Below, piece after piece: positions 47,205 through 56,902 of a DNA stretch of 64,000 bases. Source of the stretch: Gammaproteobacteria bacterium (lineage in GTDB: Bacteria; Pseudomonadota; Gammaproteobacteria; UBA4575); NCBI GenBank assembly GCA_965242685.1, contig OZ251487.1:547340-611339 (forward strand). The letters run 5' to 3'. A program made the position numbers and the translations under genes. Position 1 is the first letter of the stretch. Each line of letters opens with the position of its first letter. The notes below the pieces were generated by a model. It was not told the DNA's origin. It did no database searches and saw only the letters and a program-made list of their open reading frames with translations.

Positions 47205-49990
47205 ACCATCTCATCATCAATTCTCCCTACGAGAAACCTAAGGAGCATTGGTTTTATAAGGTTGAGACTAAAAGATTCAAGAAGGAAGAAGGACGACGGC
47301 GGGCGGGGTATCTGATAGCGACGCCCGGTTTGAAGGGGCGGGGGCATGACGACCCGGGCAGGTTCGTGGAGATTCCGCTCGTCAATAAGATTCGCGGCTG
47401 CGTCGATGCCTGGCGCGAGGCGGGTTATCCGGGGGTAAGCGGGATGACCAAACGCCTGTTGGATTATTGGAACGATCCGGATGAGCGGGACGGCAAGCGG
47501 TTTTTCTTCTGTCAACTGGAGGCGGTGGAGACGCTGATCTGGTTTACCGAGGCGCCCGACAGCGAGAAGGTCGGGATCGAGATGCCCTCGGATGGCAGTG
47601 ACTTCTTGCGCCTGTGTGCCAAGATGGCGACCGGCACCGGTAAGACGGTGGTGATGGCGATGGTGATCGCCTGGCATATCCTGAACAAGGTGACGGATCG
47701 GCGGGACGTGCGTTTTTCCAAGAATATTTTCATCGTGGCGCCCGGTCTGACGGTTAAGAGCCGCCTGGCGGTGTTACAGCCCGCCGACGCCAATAATTAC
47801 TACGAGGAATTTGGCATCGTGCCCACAGACCTGATGGACAAGCTGCGGCAGGGCAAGGTACGGGTTTGCAACTGGCACGCACTCGGTTGGGAGAGCGAGG
47901 AACGGATCGCAAAGAAGAAGGGGGTGGACAAGCGCGGCGCAAAGAGTGACGAGGCGTACACCCGCGAAGTGCTTGACGAGATGGCCAATGCCCGCAATAT
48001 ATTGGTGATCAACGACGAGGCGCATCATGCCTGGCGCGTCAATCCCGAGGCAGAGGGGAAGTATCTGCGACAGAGGGATATGAAGGACAGCGCCGAGGAG
48101 GCGACGATCTGGGTGGGCGGATTGGATCGCCTACACAGGACGCGCGGTATTTTGGCCTGCTATGATTTTTCGGCGACGCCGTTGGCGCCAACCGGAAAGA
48201 AAAGCGTCGAAGAAGCGCTTTTCGGGTGGATCATCAGCGATTTTGGGTTGAATGATGCGATTGAATCGGGGTTGGTGAAGACGCCCCGCGTGGTGGTGCG
48301 GGACGATGCGCTACCGGACGCCAAGACTTATAAATCGCGCCTTTATCACATCTACAGCAATCCCAAGGTGAAGGATGACCTGAATCGCAAGGCAAGCCCC
48401 GAGGAACCGTTGCCGTCTTTGGTGCTCAATGCGTATTGTCTGCTTGGGTATGACTGGAAGGAGACCGCCCGGGACTGGAAAGATGAAAAGGGTGGGCCGC
48501 CGCCTGTGATGATCACCGTCGCCAACCGTACCGAGACCGCCGCCAGGATCAAGTACGCGCTGGAACGAAATCAGATATGGGTAGAGGAATTGTGTGATCC
48601 GGAACGCATTCTGCACATCGACTCCAAGGTGCTGGCGGAGGCCGAGACGGCGGATGAGGCGGTGGCGTTGAATGGGAATGGGAATGGCGGAGGAGGGGAA
48701 ACCCGTAGTAAAAAGCCCACCAAGGCGGCAAGGGCGGAGCAGTTACGCAGGCAGGTGGATACGGTTGGCAAGCCCGGGGCGCCCGGGGAGCAGATCCAAA
48801 AGGTTATTTCGGTGGGGATGCTTTCCGAAGGCTGGGACGCCAAGAACGTTACCCACATTATGGGCTTGCGTGCCTTTACCAGTCAGTTGTTGTGCGAGCA
48901 GGTGGTGGGCAGGGGGCTGCGAAGGATGTCTTATGAGGTGGATGAAAGTAGCGGCTTGTTTGCGCCGGAATATGTCAATGTCTTCGGTGTGCCGTTCAGT
49001 TTTTTGCCGCATGAGGATAGTGGCAGTACACCGGCGCCCACCTTACCGAAGACGCGTATTTATGCCGATCCCGACAAGGGCAAGTTTGAGATCCGCTGGC
49101 CGAACGTCATCCATATCGAGCATACCTATCGCCCGCGCCTTTTTGTGGATTGGAAGAAGGTAGAAACGTTGGAGCTGGAGGCCGGTAATACGCCCAGCAT
49201 TGCGGAATTGGCGGATGTCATTGCAGGGAAGCCCGATGTTACGAAGGTCAAAGACATAGACCTGAGTAAATTGATACGAGGACAACGATTGCAGGAAGTT
49301 GTCTTCAAGATGGCGCGGGAGACTTATGAGCGGATGAAGCCGGACTGGAAGGGCGGCAAGGAGTTTTTGTTGGCGCAACTCGTTGGGCTGACCGAGGAAT
49401 TTATCCATTCCGACCGTATCGTTATCCATCCGGAACTTTTTAATCGGGATGATTTGCGGCGGCGTGTGATGCTGATCTTGCACATGAGCGAGGTCTTGAA
49501 TCACCTGTGGCAGGCGATTCGGTTTGAGAATACCGAGAGGCTGAAGCCGGTTTTTGACCAGCGTCCGTTCCGTGCCACCGGCGACATGCGTGCCTGGTAT
49601 ACCGGCAAGCCCTGTGAATATACGCGGCGGTCGCATATCAATCTCTGTGTCTGTGACAGCACTTGGGAATCGTCCGAGGCCTTTGAGCTTGACCGTAACC
49701 CGGCGGTGGACGCCTGGGTGAAAAACGATCATCTGGGGTTTGAGGTTCTCTATATCTACAATGGCGTCGTGAAGAAGTATCGGCCCGATTTTATTATCCG
49801 CCTGAAGTCGGGTGAGTTTCTGGTACTGGAGACCAAAGGGCAGGAAACGCAACAGGACAAGGCCAAGCGCAAGTTTTTGGATGAGTGGGCGCGGGCGGTC
49901 AACGGGCAGGGCGGGTTGGGTACGTGGCGCACCGCCGTTTCAAAGGCGCCGGCGGATGTTAGGGATATTCTTCATCGTTACGGGGACTGA
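47192..49990 (+). CDS. Type III-like restriction subunit (SF2 helicase + C-terminal PD-(D/E)xK nuclease), Res-like
   Basis: Motif I 'MATGTGKT' (47624..47647) and motif II 'DEAHH' (48014..48028). Motif VI-like 'VVGRGLRR'. C-terminal 'RPDF...LVLETKG' with D at 49787, E at 49829 and K at 49835. Confidence 0.85.
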   Translation: MEEIDHLIINSPYEKPKEHWFYKVETKRFKKEEGRRRAGYLIATPGLKGRGHDDPGRFVEIPLVNKIRGCVDAWREAGYPGVSGMTKRLLDYWNDPDERDGKRFFFCQLEAVETLIWFTEAPDSEKVGIEMPSDGSDFLRLCAKMATGTGKTVVMAMVIAWHILNKVTDRRDVRFSKNIFIVAPGLTVKSRLAVLQPADANNYYEEFGIVPTDLMDKLRQGKVRVCNWHALGWESEERIAKKKGVDKRGAKSDEAYTREVLDEMANARNILVINDEAHHAWRVNPEAEGKYLRQRDMKDSAEEATIWVGGLDRLHRTRGILACYDFSATPLAPTGKKSVEEALFGWIISDFGLNDAIESGLVKTPRVVVRDDALPDAKTYKSRLYHIYSNPKVKDDLNRKASPEEPLPSLVLNAYCLLGYDWKETARDWKDEKGGPPPVMITVANRTETAARIKYALERNQIWVEELCDPERILHIDSKVLAEAETADEAVALNGNGNGGGGETRSKKPTKAARAEQLRRQVDTVGKPGAPGEQIQKVISVGMLSEGWDAKNVTHIMGLRAFTSQLLCEQVVGRGLRRMSYEVDESSGLFAPEYVNVFGVPFSFLPHEDSGSTPAPTLPKTRIYADPDKGKFEIRWPNVIHIEHTYRPRLFVDWKKVETLELEAGNTPSIAELADVIAGKPDVTKVKDIDLSKLIRGQRLQEVVFKMARETYERMKPDWKGGKEFLLAQLVGLTEEFIHSDRIVIHPELFNRDDLRRRVMLILHMSEVLNHLWQAIRFENTERLKPVFDQRPFRATGDMRAWYTGKPCEYTRRSHINLCVCDSTWESSEAFELDRNPAVDAWVKNDHLGFEVLYIYNGVVKKYRPDFIIRLKSGEFLVLETKGQETQQDKAKRKFLDEWARAVNGQGGLGTWRTAVSKAPADVRDILHRYGD

Positions 49991-52900
49991 GGGTTACGCG
50001 GCTTATTTTCTCCGTGGCGTATTTTCCCCCGCTGCCTATTTTCCCTGTGGCGTGCTCGGCGTACTCGTTCAGCCAGCAGAATGTATTGACCAGCTTCATC
50101 TGCTCCACCGTGCCGCAAGGGATTTCCAGCAGGTTGGGATTGGCGACTACAACGGCTAGACACTGGGCGCGGGAGACGGCGACATTTAGGCGGTTCTTGC
50201 TGTAGAGAAACTCGATGTTGCGCGGCAGGTCTGCGGCGCTGGATGTCACCATAGAGATCAGGACGATGGGCGCCTCCTGTCCCTGGAATTTGTCGACGGT
50301 GCCGACCTTGGCGTTCTCCGGCAGGATGGAGCGCAGATAATTCACCTGCACATTGTAAGGCGTGACCACCAGGATGTCGTTCTCGGTGATCGGGCGCGTG
50401 CCGCCGTCGCGATCGGTGAAGGCCTGCCCAAGCAGGGTTTGGTATTTGGCTTTGATGATCCGGCCTTCCTCGACGCTCTTTTGCGAACAGCCTTCATGCC
50501 GGGCCGGGATCATCGCTATGCCTTCGTTGGGGAGATCAATGCCTTGTAGATTCAGATTACGCGCGGCGGTGCTTTCGTGGGCGGTCAGGCGGCCATCATA
50601 GAAGGCATCGGAAATAAATTGGCAAATGCCGGGGCGCATGCGGTACGTCCGGCCAAGAAAAATGCCGCGTTCGGCAGGGATGGTAGAGTGATCGCCAAGT
50701 AGGAATTCCAGCACCGATAGTCCGGCCTCGCCCGGATGCGTGCCTTGAATGGGCTGGCCCAGCTGCATTTGATCGCCCACCAGGATAATGTTTTTAGCGG
50801 CGGTGGACATGGCCACGACGTTGGCGGTTGCAACCTGTCCGGCCTCATCGATAAAGAGATAGTCCAAGCGACCATCAAAATGCGGGTTGGCGAAGGTCCA
50901 TGCCGTTCCGGCAAACAGATCGGCGCCGAGGTTGATGTTGTCGGTCTTGGTTTCGGGAGTAATGAAGCGGCCATTAAAGAAGGTTTCAGCGTTACCGCCA
51001 CTGGCCTTTTTGATGCCATCGAAGTGCACGCCTTTTTCGGCGGCGACATTTTCCACCTTTTCCAAGAGGTTGTGGATGGCCTTGTGGGAGTTGGAAGTAA
51101 CGCCGATCTTTTTGCCGCGTTTGATCAAGTCGACGATGATGTGGCTGCTGGTGTAGGTCTTACCGGCCCCCGGCGGGCCTTGAATGAAGAGATAGCTGTT
51201 TTCCAGCGCGGCGATGGCTGCCAGCGCATCTGTTTGCAAATCATCGGAGGTGATGATCGCCTCGCCGGGCGGCTTGTCGTGAATGCGCGGCACACGGCGC
51301 GCCAGCAGTTCGGTTGCGGCGCGGGCGGTGTCGGGCGATTGCAATACCTGATCGGCATAGCGGTAGAGGGCCGCGCGGATGATCTTGCTGTCAATCGGGC
51401 CCGGCGGGCCGATGGAGAGGCTTGCCGGCAACGGGTCTTTGTTTGTCCCGCGCCTGATCCTGACGATGCGGGTATCCTCGTCGATCTCGACGAGGGTGCC
51501 GGCGGTCTTCATGGCGGCGACGTCAACGGCCTGTGCGCCGACCTTTAGCTTGTATTCCTGTGACGGGAAACGGTAGGTATAGATCAGGGAGCGTTTGTCC
51601 GGTTCGGGCGCACCGATCTGTTGTAGGCCGCCCAGGCATTCGGTGTCGTCGATTAGCTCGTCTTCAAACTTGTTTTGACGTTCGAAGCCGCTCCACCATT
51701 GCGGCTTGGCTTCCCGGTTGTGAAACTCTAACAGATGGGCCAGCAGATGGGATAGCAGATGGGATGGGCGTTCATCGTTCGGCGGCGGGTCTTCACCGGT
51801 CACGCCCAGACGGGTCTGGTAGTGCTCATATTCGATCTCCCAGTCTTTACGCTGTAGCTGTTCGTCTTCGGCATCTTCCGGCACGCCCTTAAACCATGCC
51901 GTATCTTGAGGCTTGAGGGTCAGCAGCCAATCACGCAGCAGGTGGGTGGAAACGCAGTCTACCTCGTTATAACCGGCGATCGCTTGCAGCAATTCATCGG
52001 CGCCGGTCTCGCGCCATTCGTTGTAAAAGATGATGCTATCCGCCGCCGTTGCCACCGTATTGTCTCGTTCGTCCATGTAGAAGGTTTCCAAGTTTTTGAT
52101 GGAGTAGCCGGGTTCGGAGGTGCGGATGCTCTCGCGCACCACCAGGTACAGGTCGATGAATTTTTGATTGCGGAGTAGGTTGTCCAGCCGTTCCTCGCAA
52201 ACCGCATAGCGGCAGGCCAGCCGTTTCAGCGCGGTCGTTTCATAGTGGTTGTAGTGGTAGATGTGGGCGTGCGGGTGCGCGGCCAGATGGTCGGCCAGAA
52301 AGCCCATAAAGCGTTGGAAGGTCGCTTTCTCCTGTTCGTGATCGTGTGCCCAGAAGGGTTTGAAGCGCTTTTCGCCGTGCTTGGAGTAATAGACGCCAAA
52401 CAGGTATTCCAGGCCGTTCGGGTAGAGTGGATCGCCCTCCATATCGAAGAACAGGTCGCCATCATCGGGCACAGGCAGGCGGGCGAAGCCCTTGTTTGAC
52501 GGGAATGTGTTCGATGGAAATGCGTCGGGCGGGCACGGGATGATCTCGCATTGGTCCTCGCCCGTGGTGGCTTTGTGATGCTGTAAGACCGCCTGTGCGC
52601 GCAGACGCTGGAATACGTCACGGTTTAGGTCGGGGATTTTTTTGTGCGGCGATGTTGCCGCCAGATCGGCAACGGTGCGGATGCCGGTGTTGCGCAGCTT
52701 GTCCATCTGAGCGCGTTGGATATTGGCCACGAGGCTTAAATGGTCGTCTTTTTCCCAGCGCGCTGTACAGCCATCGCGCCACTGGCAGGCGTTACAATGG
52801 CCGCATGGCTCGGGGTAGGAATTGGTAGGCAGGTTTTGAAGATAGCTTTCAAAACGGCCTTTGGCGCGGCGGTAGTAGTAGAAGAAATCGGCCACCCGGA

Positions 52901-53434
52901 AGCCGTGTTTTTTGTGGTCGCCCAGAAACAGGTGCATAGTGGCCGGACGCAAGCCCTGTAATGCCGCCAGCAGCTCTGAATACACGCACAGTTGCATGAT
53001 GTGTTTGGGCGCGGCGGTTCGCGCCAGTTTGGTGTCGAGCACCTCATAGCTAAAATATCGCCCAAGCCGGAGGATGTGTCGCATTTCATCAGGAAGTCGG
53101 CATCGCCCCGCCAAGGGGGGTCAAGGAGTACGGCCTGATAGATGACGTCCGCACCGGATTGCATGGCATCGTGTGTAAGGGAAGCCCGATCCCGTAAGTT
53201 GTGACCTTTGGGGATCTCAATAACGGCTTTGCCTTCGTCCTTCAGGTGTTGGAGATAGGCGGCCTCGTGCTCCAAGCCTTTCTGCCGCAGTAGTCGGTCG
53301 GTCGTACTGGCTTCGGTCTTGTCCATCTTTTCAGTCAGCGCCTTCACGTCAAGAAGGCTGGCATGGTGACATCCCAAGAAGGTGGTCAAGTCCGAGGGGG
53401 AGTAGAGGATCCGATCGTTGCCGTATTGCTGCAT
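49959..53434 (-). pseudogene. RecB/Cas4-like Fe-S nuclease + RNaseH-fold exonuclease-like + Dna2/Upf1-type SF1 helicase, interrupted by a -1 frame change near 53055-53065
   Basis: Two overlapping ORFs (52736..53434 and 49959..53114) join into one architecture. 'GDADFLMKCDTSSGLG' in the first frame runs into 'YFSYEVLDTKLAR' in the second. Also present: Cys cluster 'CGHCNACQWRDGC' (52767..52805), 'FFDMEGDP', Walker A 'GPPGAGKTYT', 'FIDEAGQ', 'GDQMQLGQP', 'DKFQGQE' and 'NVAVSRA'. Confidence 0.7.
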
Positions 53435-53583
53435 ACTATTTTTTATAAAACGCCATTAGAGGGAAAGGGGGGGGTGTTTTTATAGAGAGGGGAAGTCGGT
53501 TGCGAATAGCAAACCGCAATTACCGGCGGGCTTTTGAGGTGATGGTATCCAGGGGCATAGGAAAGTTTATTATTTTACGTCAA

Positions 53584-53676
<93 letters not shown>

Positions 53677-53865
53677 ATAGAATTTAGGGTAGCAGTATAT
53701 CGGTAAGAGTATAGCGGATAAAGGGGCACTACTCGCCGAGATTTTTTTCTGTAGGGCTTCGTTTTTTCTTGATCGTTTCAAGAGAACCTTGATTTTTGTC
53801 TTCGGGGTTCGGTGGTTTTTAGCGGGTTTTAGGTATGATATTTCGGTATAATTGCCACTTCAGAT

Positions 53866-53942
53866 GCGCCCGTAGCTCAGTTGGATAGAGTGCGTGGCTA
53901 CGAACCACGAGGTCGGGAGTTCGAATCTCTCCGGGCGCGCCA
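53866..53942 (+). tRNA. tRNA-Arg (anticodon ACG)
   Basis: 77 nt. Acceptor GCGCCCG/CGGGCGC, anticodon loop CTACGAA, TPsiC GTTCGAAT, encoded CCA. Confidence 0.9.
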
Positions 53943-54026
53943 TCAGATTTGACGCCGTTGTGTATGGTGACATGAGATGAAGGCGTTGCAAGTCTTAGTT
54001 TACAAAGTTTCCGTAGGTCCTTAAAA

Positions 54027-54983
54027 ATGAATATAAAAATAATCAAGAGAAGCGATGCACGCGAATCCGAGATAACCGCCGAGGCCCTGTATGAGAGCCG
54101 CCGCGAGTTCCTGCGAGGGTCGGTCTCCATGGCCGCCATGACGATGATGCCGGCGTTTTCGATGTGGCCGGTGGCCGGACGTGCCAAGCTGGATTTTGGC
54201 AGTATCGGCGAGAGTGCCTTTTCCACCGGCGAGGAGCTTACATCCATCGATGATGTGACGAGCTATAACAATTTCTATGAGTTGGGGACGGGTAAGAAAG
54301 ACCCGAAACGGAACGCGCATCTTCTGAAGGTTACGCCCTGGCACGTTCGGGTCGAGGGTGAATGCGACAAGCCGGGGGAATATGCGCTAGAGGATTTTAT
54401 CGGTTCATCAAGGCTGGAGGAGCGCATCTATCGGTTACGCTGTGTCGAGGCCTGGTCGATGGTCATCCCCTGGGTGGGGGTGGAGCTAGGTTCCGTTCTC
54501 AAGCGTTTTGAGCCTAATTCAAGGGCCAAATACGTGCAGTTTTTTACCATCCATGACCCGGAAAATCTGCCGGGGCAGAAGCGCCCCATCCTGGAGTGGC
54601 CGTATCGTGAGGGGCTGCGTATGGATGAGGCCATGCACCCGCTTGCTATCTTTGCGGTCGGTCTGTACGGGAAGGAGATGCCAAATCAGAACGGCGCGCC
54701 GCTGCGTTTGGTGGTGCCGTGGAAATACGGCTTCAAGAGTATCAAGTCCATCGTCAGGGTGCGTTTCACCGAGGAGCAGCCGGCGACCACCTGGAATACT
54801 TCCGCCCCGCGTGAATATGGGTTTTATTCCAACGTCAATCCGGCAGTGGATCATCCGCGCTGGAGCCAGAAGCGCGAACGCCGTATCGGTGAGTTTCGAA
54901 AACGCGAGACGCTGCCTTTTAACGGCTATGCCGAGGAAGTGGCCGGTTTGTATGGAGATATGGATCTCGAGAAGTATTTTTAG
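54027..54983 (+). CDS. msrP: protein-methionine-sulfoxide reductase catalytic subunit MsrP (YedY)
   Basis: Tat signal 'SRREFLRGS' and molybdopterin-oxidoreductase core '[18 protein letters not shown]' and '[18 protein letters not shown]'. Confidence 0.9.
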   Translation: MNIKIIKRSDARESEITAEALYESRREFLRGSVSMAAMTMMPAFSMWPVAGRAKLDFGSIGESAFSTGEELTSIDDVTSYNNFYELGTGKKDPKRNAHLLKVTPWHVRVEGECDKPGEYALEDFIGSSRLEERIYRLRCVEAWSMVIPWVGVELGSVLKRFEPNSRAKYVQFFTIHDPENLPGQKRPILEWPYREGLRMDEAMHPLAIFAVGLYGKEMPNQNGAPLRLVVPWKYGFKSIKSIVRVRFTEEQPATTWNTSAPREYGFYSNVNPAVDHPRWSQKRERRIGEFRKRETLPFNGYAEEVAGLYGDMDLEKYF

Positions 54984-55005
54984 GTTCTTTTCGGTTTTTC
55001 TTCTG

Positions 55006-55036
55006 ATCCACGTGGGGTTGTGGATTCGTGTGTTTT
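55006..55036 (+). terminator. weak hairpin + T-tract downstream of msrP
   Basis: atccac (55006..55011) pairs with gtggat (55020..55025) around an 8-nt loop, followed by tcgtgtgtttt. The stem is short and the T-run interrupted. Confidence 0.3.
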
Positions 55037-55081
55037 CGAGATGATGTAGGAGAAGTGTATGGTGTATATAGTTGCTAAACG

Positions 55082-55339
55082 TTGTGTATATTTACCAAGT
55101 GTCTGACGTGTAGCAATTCGTACCCACTCACACGTACCGATAAACAATTCTGCTCAGACACTTGCGAAGGGCGTGCAGGCTATCGGAGACGCAGGGGCTT
55201 ACCCGTATCCGATGTTGATTTTGAGGCGTACCAGCGCGAGCAAGGCCGTACAGCACATAGACGGCGTGAGCGGAAAAACTATCTACCCGTGACGCCGACA
55301 GTTCGGCAGAAAGAACAACAACAGGAGAGCGTAGGGTGA
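55082..55339 (+). CDS. small basic zinc-ribbon-like protein
   Basis: 85 aa with 'CLTC...x14...FCSDTCEGRAGYRRRRG', a Cys4 ribbon followed by an Arg-rich tail as in many small phage or mobile-element proteins. TTG start. Overlaps the next ORF by 4 nt. Confidence 0.45.
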   Translation: MCIFTKCLTCSNSYPLTRTDKQFCSDTCEGRAGYRRRRGLPVSDVDFEAYQREQGRTAHRRRERKNYLPVTPTVRQKEQQQESVG

Positions 55340-55638
55340 ATGGTTTTATGCAATGGTGTTTAGGCGCGTTCATTATCAGTATGGTAGGGCTGGGGGTTAT
55401 GGAGATTTTTGAGCCTGAGGCGGATTTACCCAACAAGTATGATTTTTGTAAGACGGAAGGCGGGTATTGGCACTGTTCTCATCATCCAATGACGTATGAA
55501 TATCCAGAAAGGCTTGAATGCGTGGACAAACATTGTGAAGTCAAAATAGACAGGAAAACAGGCGACAAGTTCAAGTTCATGGAAATACGTTTTGAAAATT
55601 GGGAAAAAGAGCGGGGGTATCTACACGTCCATGATTGA
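55336..55638 (+). CDS. small membrane-anchored Cys/His-rich protein
   Basis: 100 aa with an N-terminal TM helix. GTGA overlap with the upstream ORF. Confidence 0.45.
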   Translation: MNGFMQWCLGAFIISMVGLGVMEIFEPEADLPNKYDFCKTEGGYWHCSHHPMTYEYPERLECVDKHCEVKIDRKTGDKFKFMEIRFENWEKERGYLHVHD

Positions 55639-55674
55639 CGGGCAACAGCAACAAGGCGATAACGATACAGTACA

Positions 55675-56034
55675 TTGAACAGTTACATTATAAACAGCGA
55701 AACGAAAAACAAGCTGGTGACATTGGGTTGTGACATTGGCGTGGCGGTGGGCGTGTTACTTACTTTGGACAGACACAAAATACCGCCGTTTGACGATGGA
55801 TTCAGATGCACTTATGGAGAGTTCAAAGAGATGTTGAAACGGGGGTATCTAGTGGAGATAAGCGTCCCCGATTTAGGGGCAATAATGGACTTGTTTAATC
55901 ATTACCCAACAGCAAAGTTAGAGGGTATACAGCTTGACTTATTTAATCATGATCCAACAACAGAGGCGCAGATAAAAAACAAGGTTATATCGGTTCACAA
56001 GACGGACAAGGGGAAGGGGAAAATATACTTTTGA
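55675..56034 (+). CDS. hypothetical protein with internal 'DLFNH-PT' repeat
   Basis: 119 aa with 'MDLFNHYPT' and 'LDLFNHDPT' 15 residues apart. TTG start, so the call is uncertain. Confidence 0.35.
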   Translation: MNSYIINSETKNKLVTLGCDIGVAVGVLLTLDRHKIPPFDDGFRCTYGEFKEMLKRGYLVEISVPDLGAIMDLFNHYPTAKLEGIQLDLFNHDPTTEAQIKNKVISVHKTDKGKGKIYF

Positions 56035-56176
56035 ACGTGTAATAGGAAGGGGTATTGATGGCGTGTACTTTACAGCGTTGTGCGGGCACTTGCAGGTTTA
56101 GAGCTGGTTGAATTTCAATGCCGTTTCGTTTATCTTGAAAAGGTGATGGAAGGGAGCAAATATAGGAGAACAATGA

Positions 56177-56467
56177 ATGGAAACCTTTAATTTCTTTCAA
56201 GCAATAATTGATCAATACGGAGTGGTGGGCGTGATAGTTGGTTTTGTTTGGCTTCATTTCCAAATTAAAGGTATGAAAGACAACACCAATACCCGAATTG
56301 ATGGTATCAAGGATGACGTAAAAGAGATCAAGGATTTGTTTGTAAGGCACGAGCAGCAATGCAATGAAAGACACCAACAGTTCATGGACTATATGAAAGA
56401 ACACGGGGACAGAATATCCAAGCTGGAAGGCAGGTTAGACGAGAGGCAACAACAGCCGGCGACCTGA
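56177..56467 (+). CDS. small N-terminally anchored coiled-coil protein, paralog 1
   Basis: 96 aa with a TM helix ('VVGVIVGFVWLHF'), 'NTRIDGIKDDVKEIKD' and a conserved tail 'HQQFMDYMKEHGDRISKLEGRLDERQQQPAT'. AGGAGA SD-like sequence 7 nt upstream. Confidence 0.6.
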   Translation: METFNFFQAIIDQYGVVGVIVGFVWLHFQIKGMKDNTNTRIDGIKDDVKEIKDLFVRHEQQCNERHQQFMDYMKEHGDRISKLEGRLDERQQQPAT

Positions 56468-56566
56468 CCTGTTCCTAGTGCGCGTGATTATGATGTTCCG
56501 TAAGGCGAGGTAGTTTCGTTTATCTTGAAAAGGTGGCGGAAGGGAGCAAATACAGGAGAACAATGA

Positions 56567-56902
56567 ATGGAAGCCTTTAACTTCTTTCAAACAATGGTTG
56601 ATGAATATGGAGCGGTGGCAGTGCTGTTTGGCTTTGTGTTGGGTTGGCTTTATTTCCGTTTCCGAATTGATGGTATAGAAAACAACATCAATATCAACAT
56701 GGAAAACATCAATACCCGAATTGATGGTATAGAAAACAACATCAATAAAAGCATAGAAAGGATCGAGAATGCGTTTGCAGAGCATGAGAGGAAATGCGCG
56801 GAAAAGCACCAACAGTTCATAGACTATATGGAAGAACACTCGGGCAGAATATCGCATATAGAAGGCAGGCTAGACGAGAGGCAACAACAGCCGGCGACCT
56901 GA
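56567..56902 (+). CDS. small N-terminally anchored coiled-coil protein, paralog 2
   Basis: 111 aa with the same leader, TM helix and tail as paralog 1, plus an in-frame 18-codon duplication ('RIDGIENNIN' twice). Confidence 0.6.
   Translation: MEAFNFFQTMVDEYGAVAVLFGFVLGWLYFRFRIDGIENNININMENINTRIDGIENNINKSIERIENAFAEHERKCAEKHQQFIDYMEEHSGRISHIEGRLDERQQQPAT

Noticed and set aside
53040-53080. Programmed -1 ribosomal frameshift joining the two halves of the nuclease-helicase gene
   Set aside because: The required shift is -1 and the site is U-rich (gau auu uua). However, it does not form a canonical X_XXY_YYZ slippery heptamer, and I see no obvious downstream stem or pseudoknot. A 1-nt deletion or a sequencing indel is the simpler explanation.
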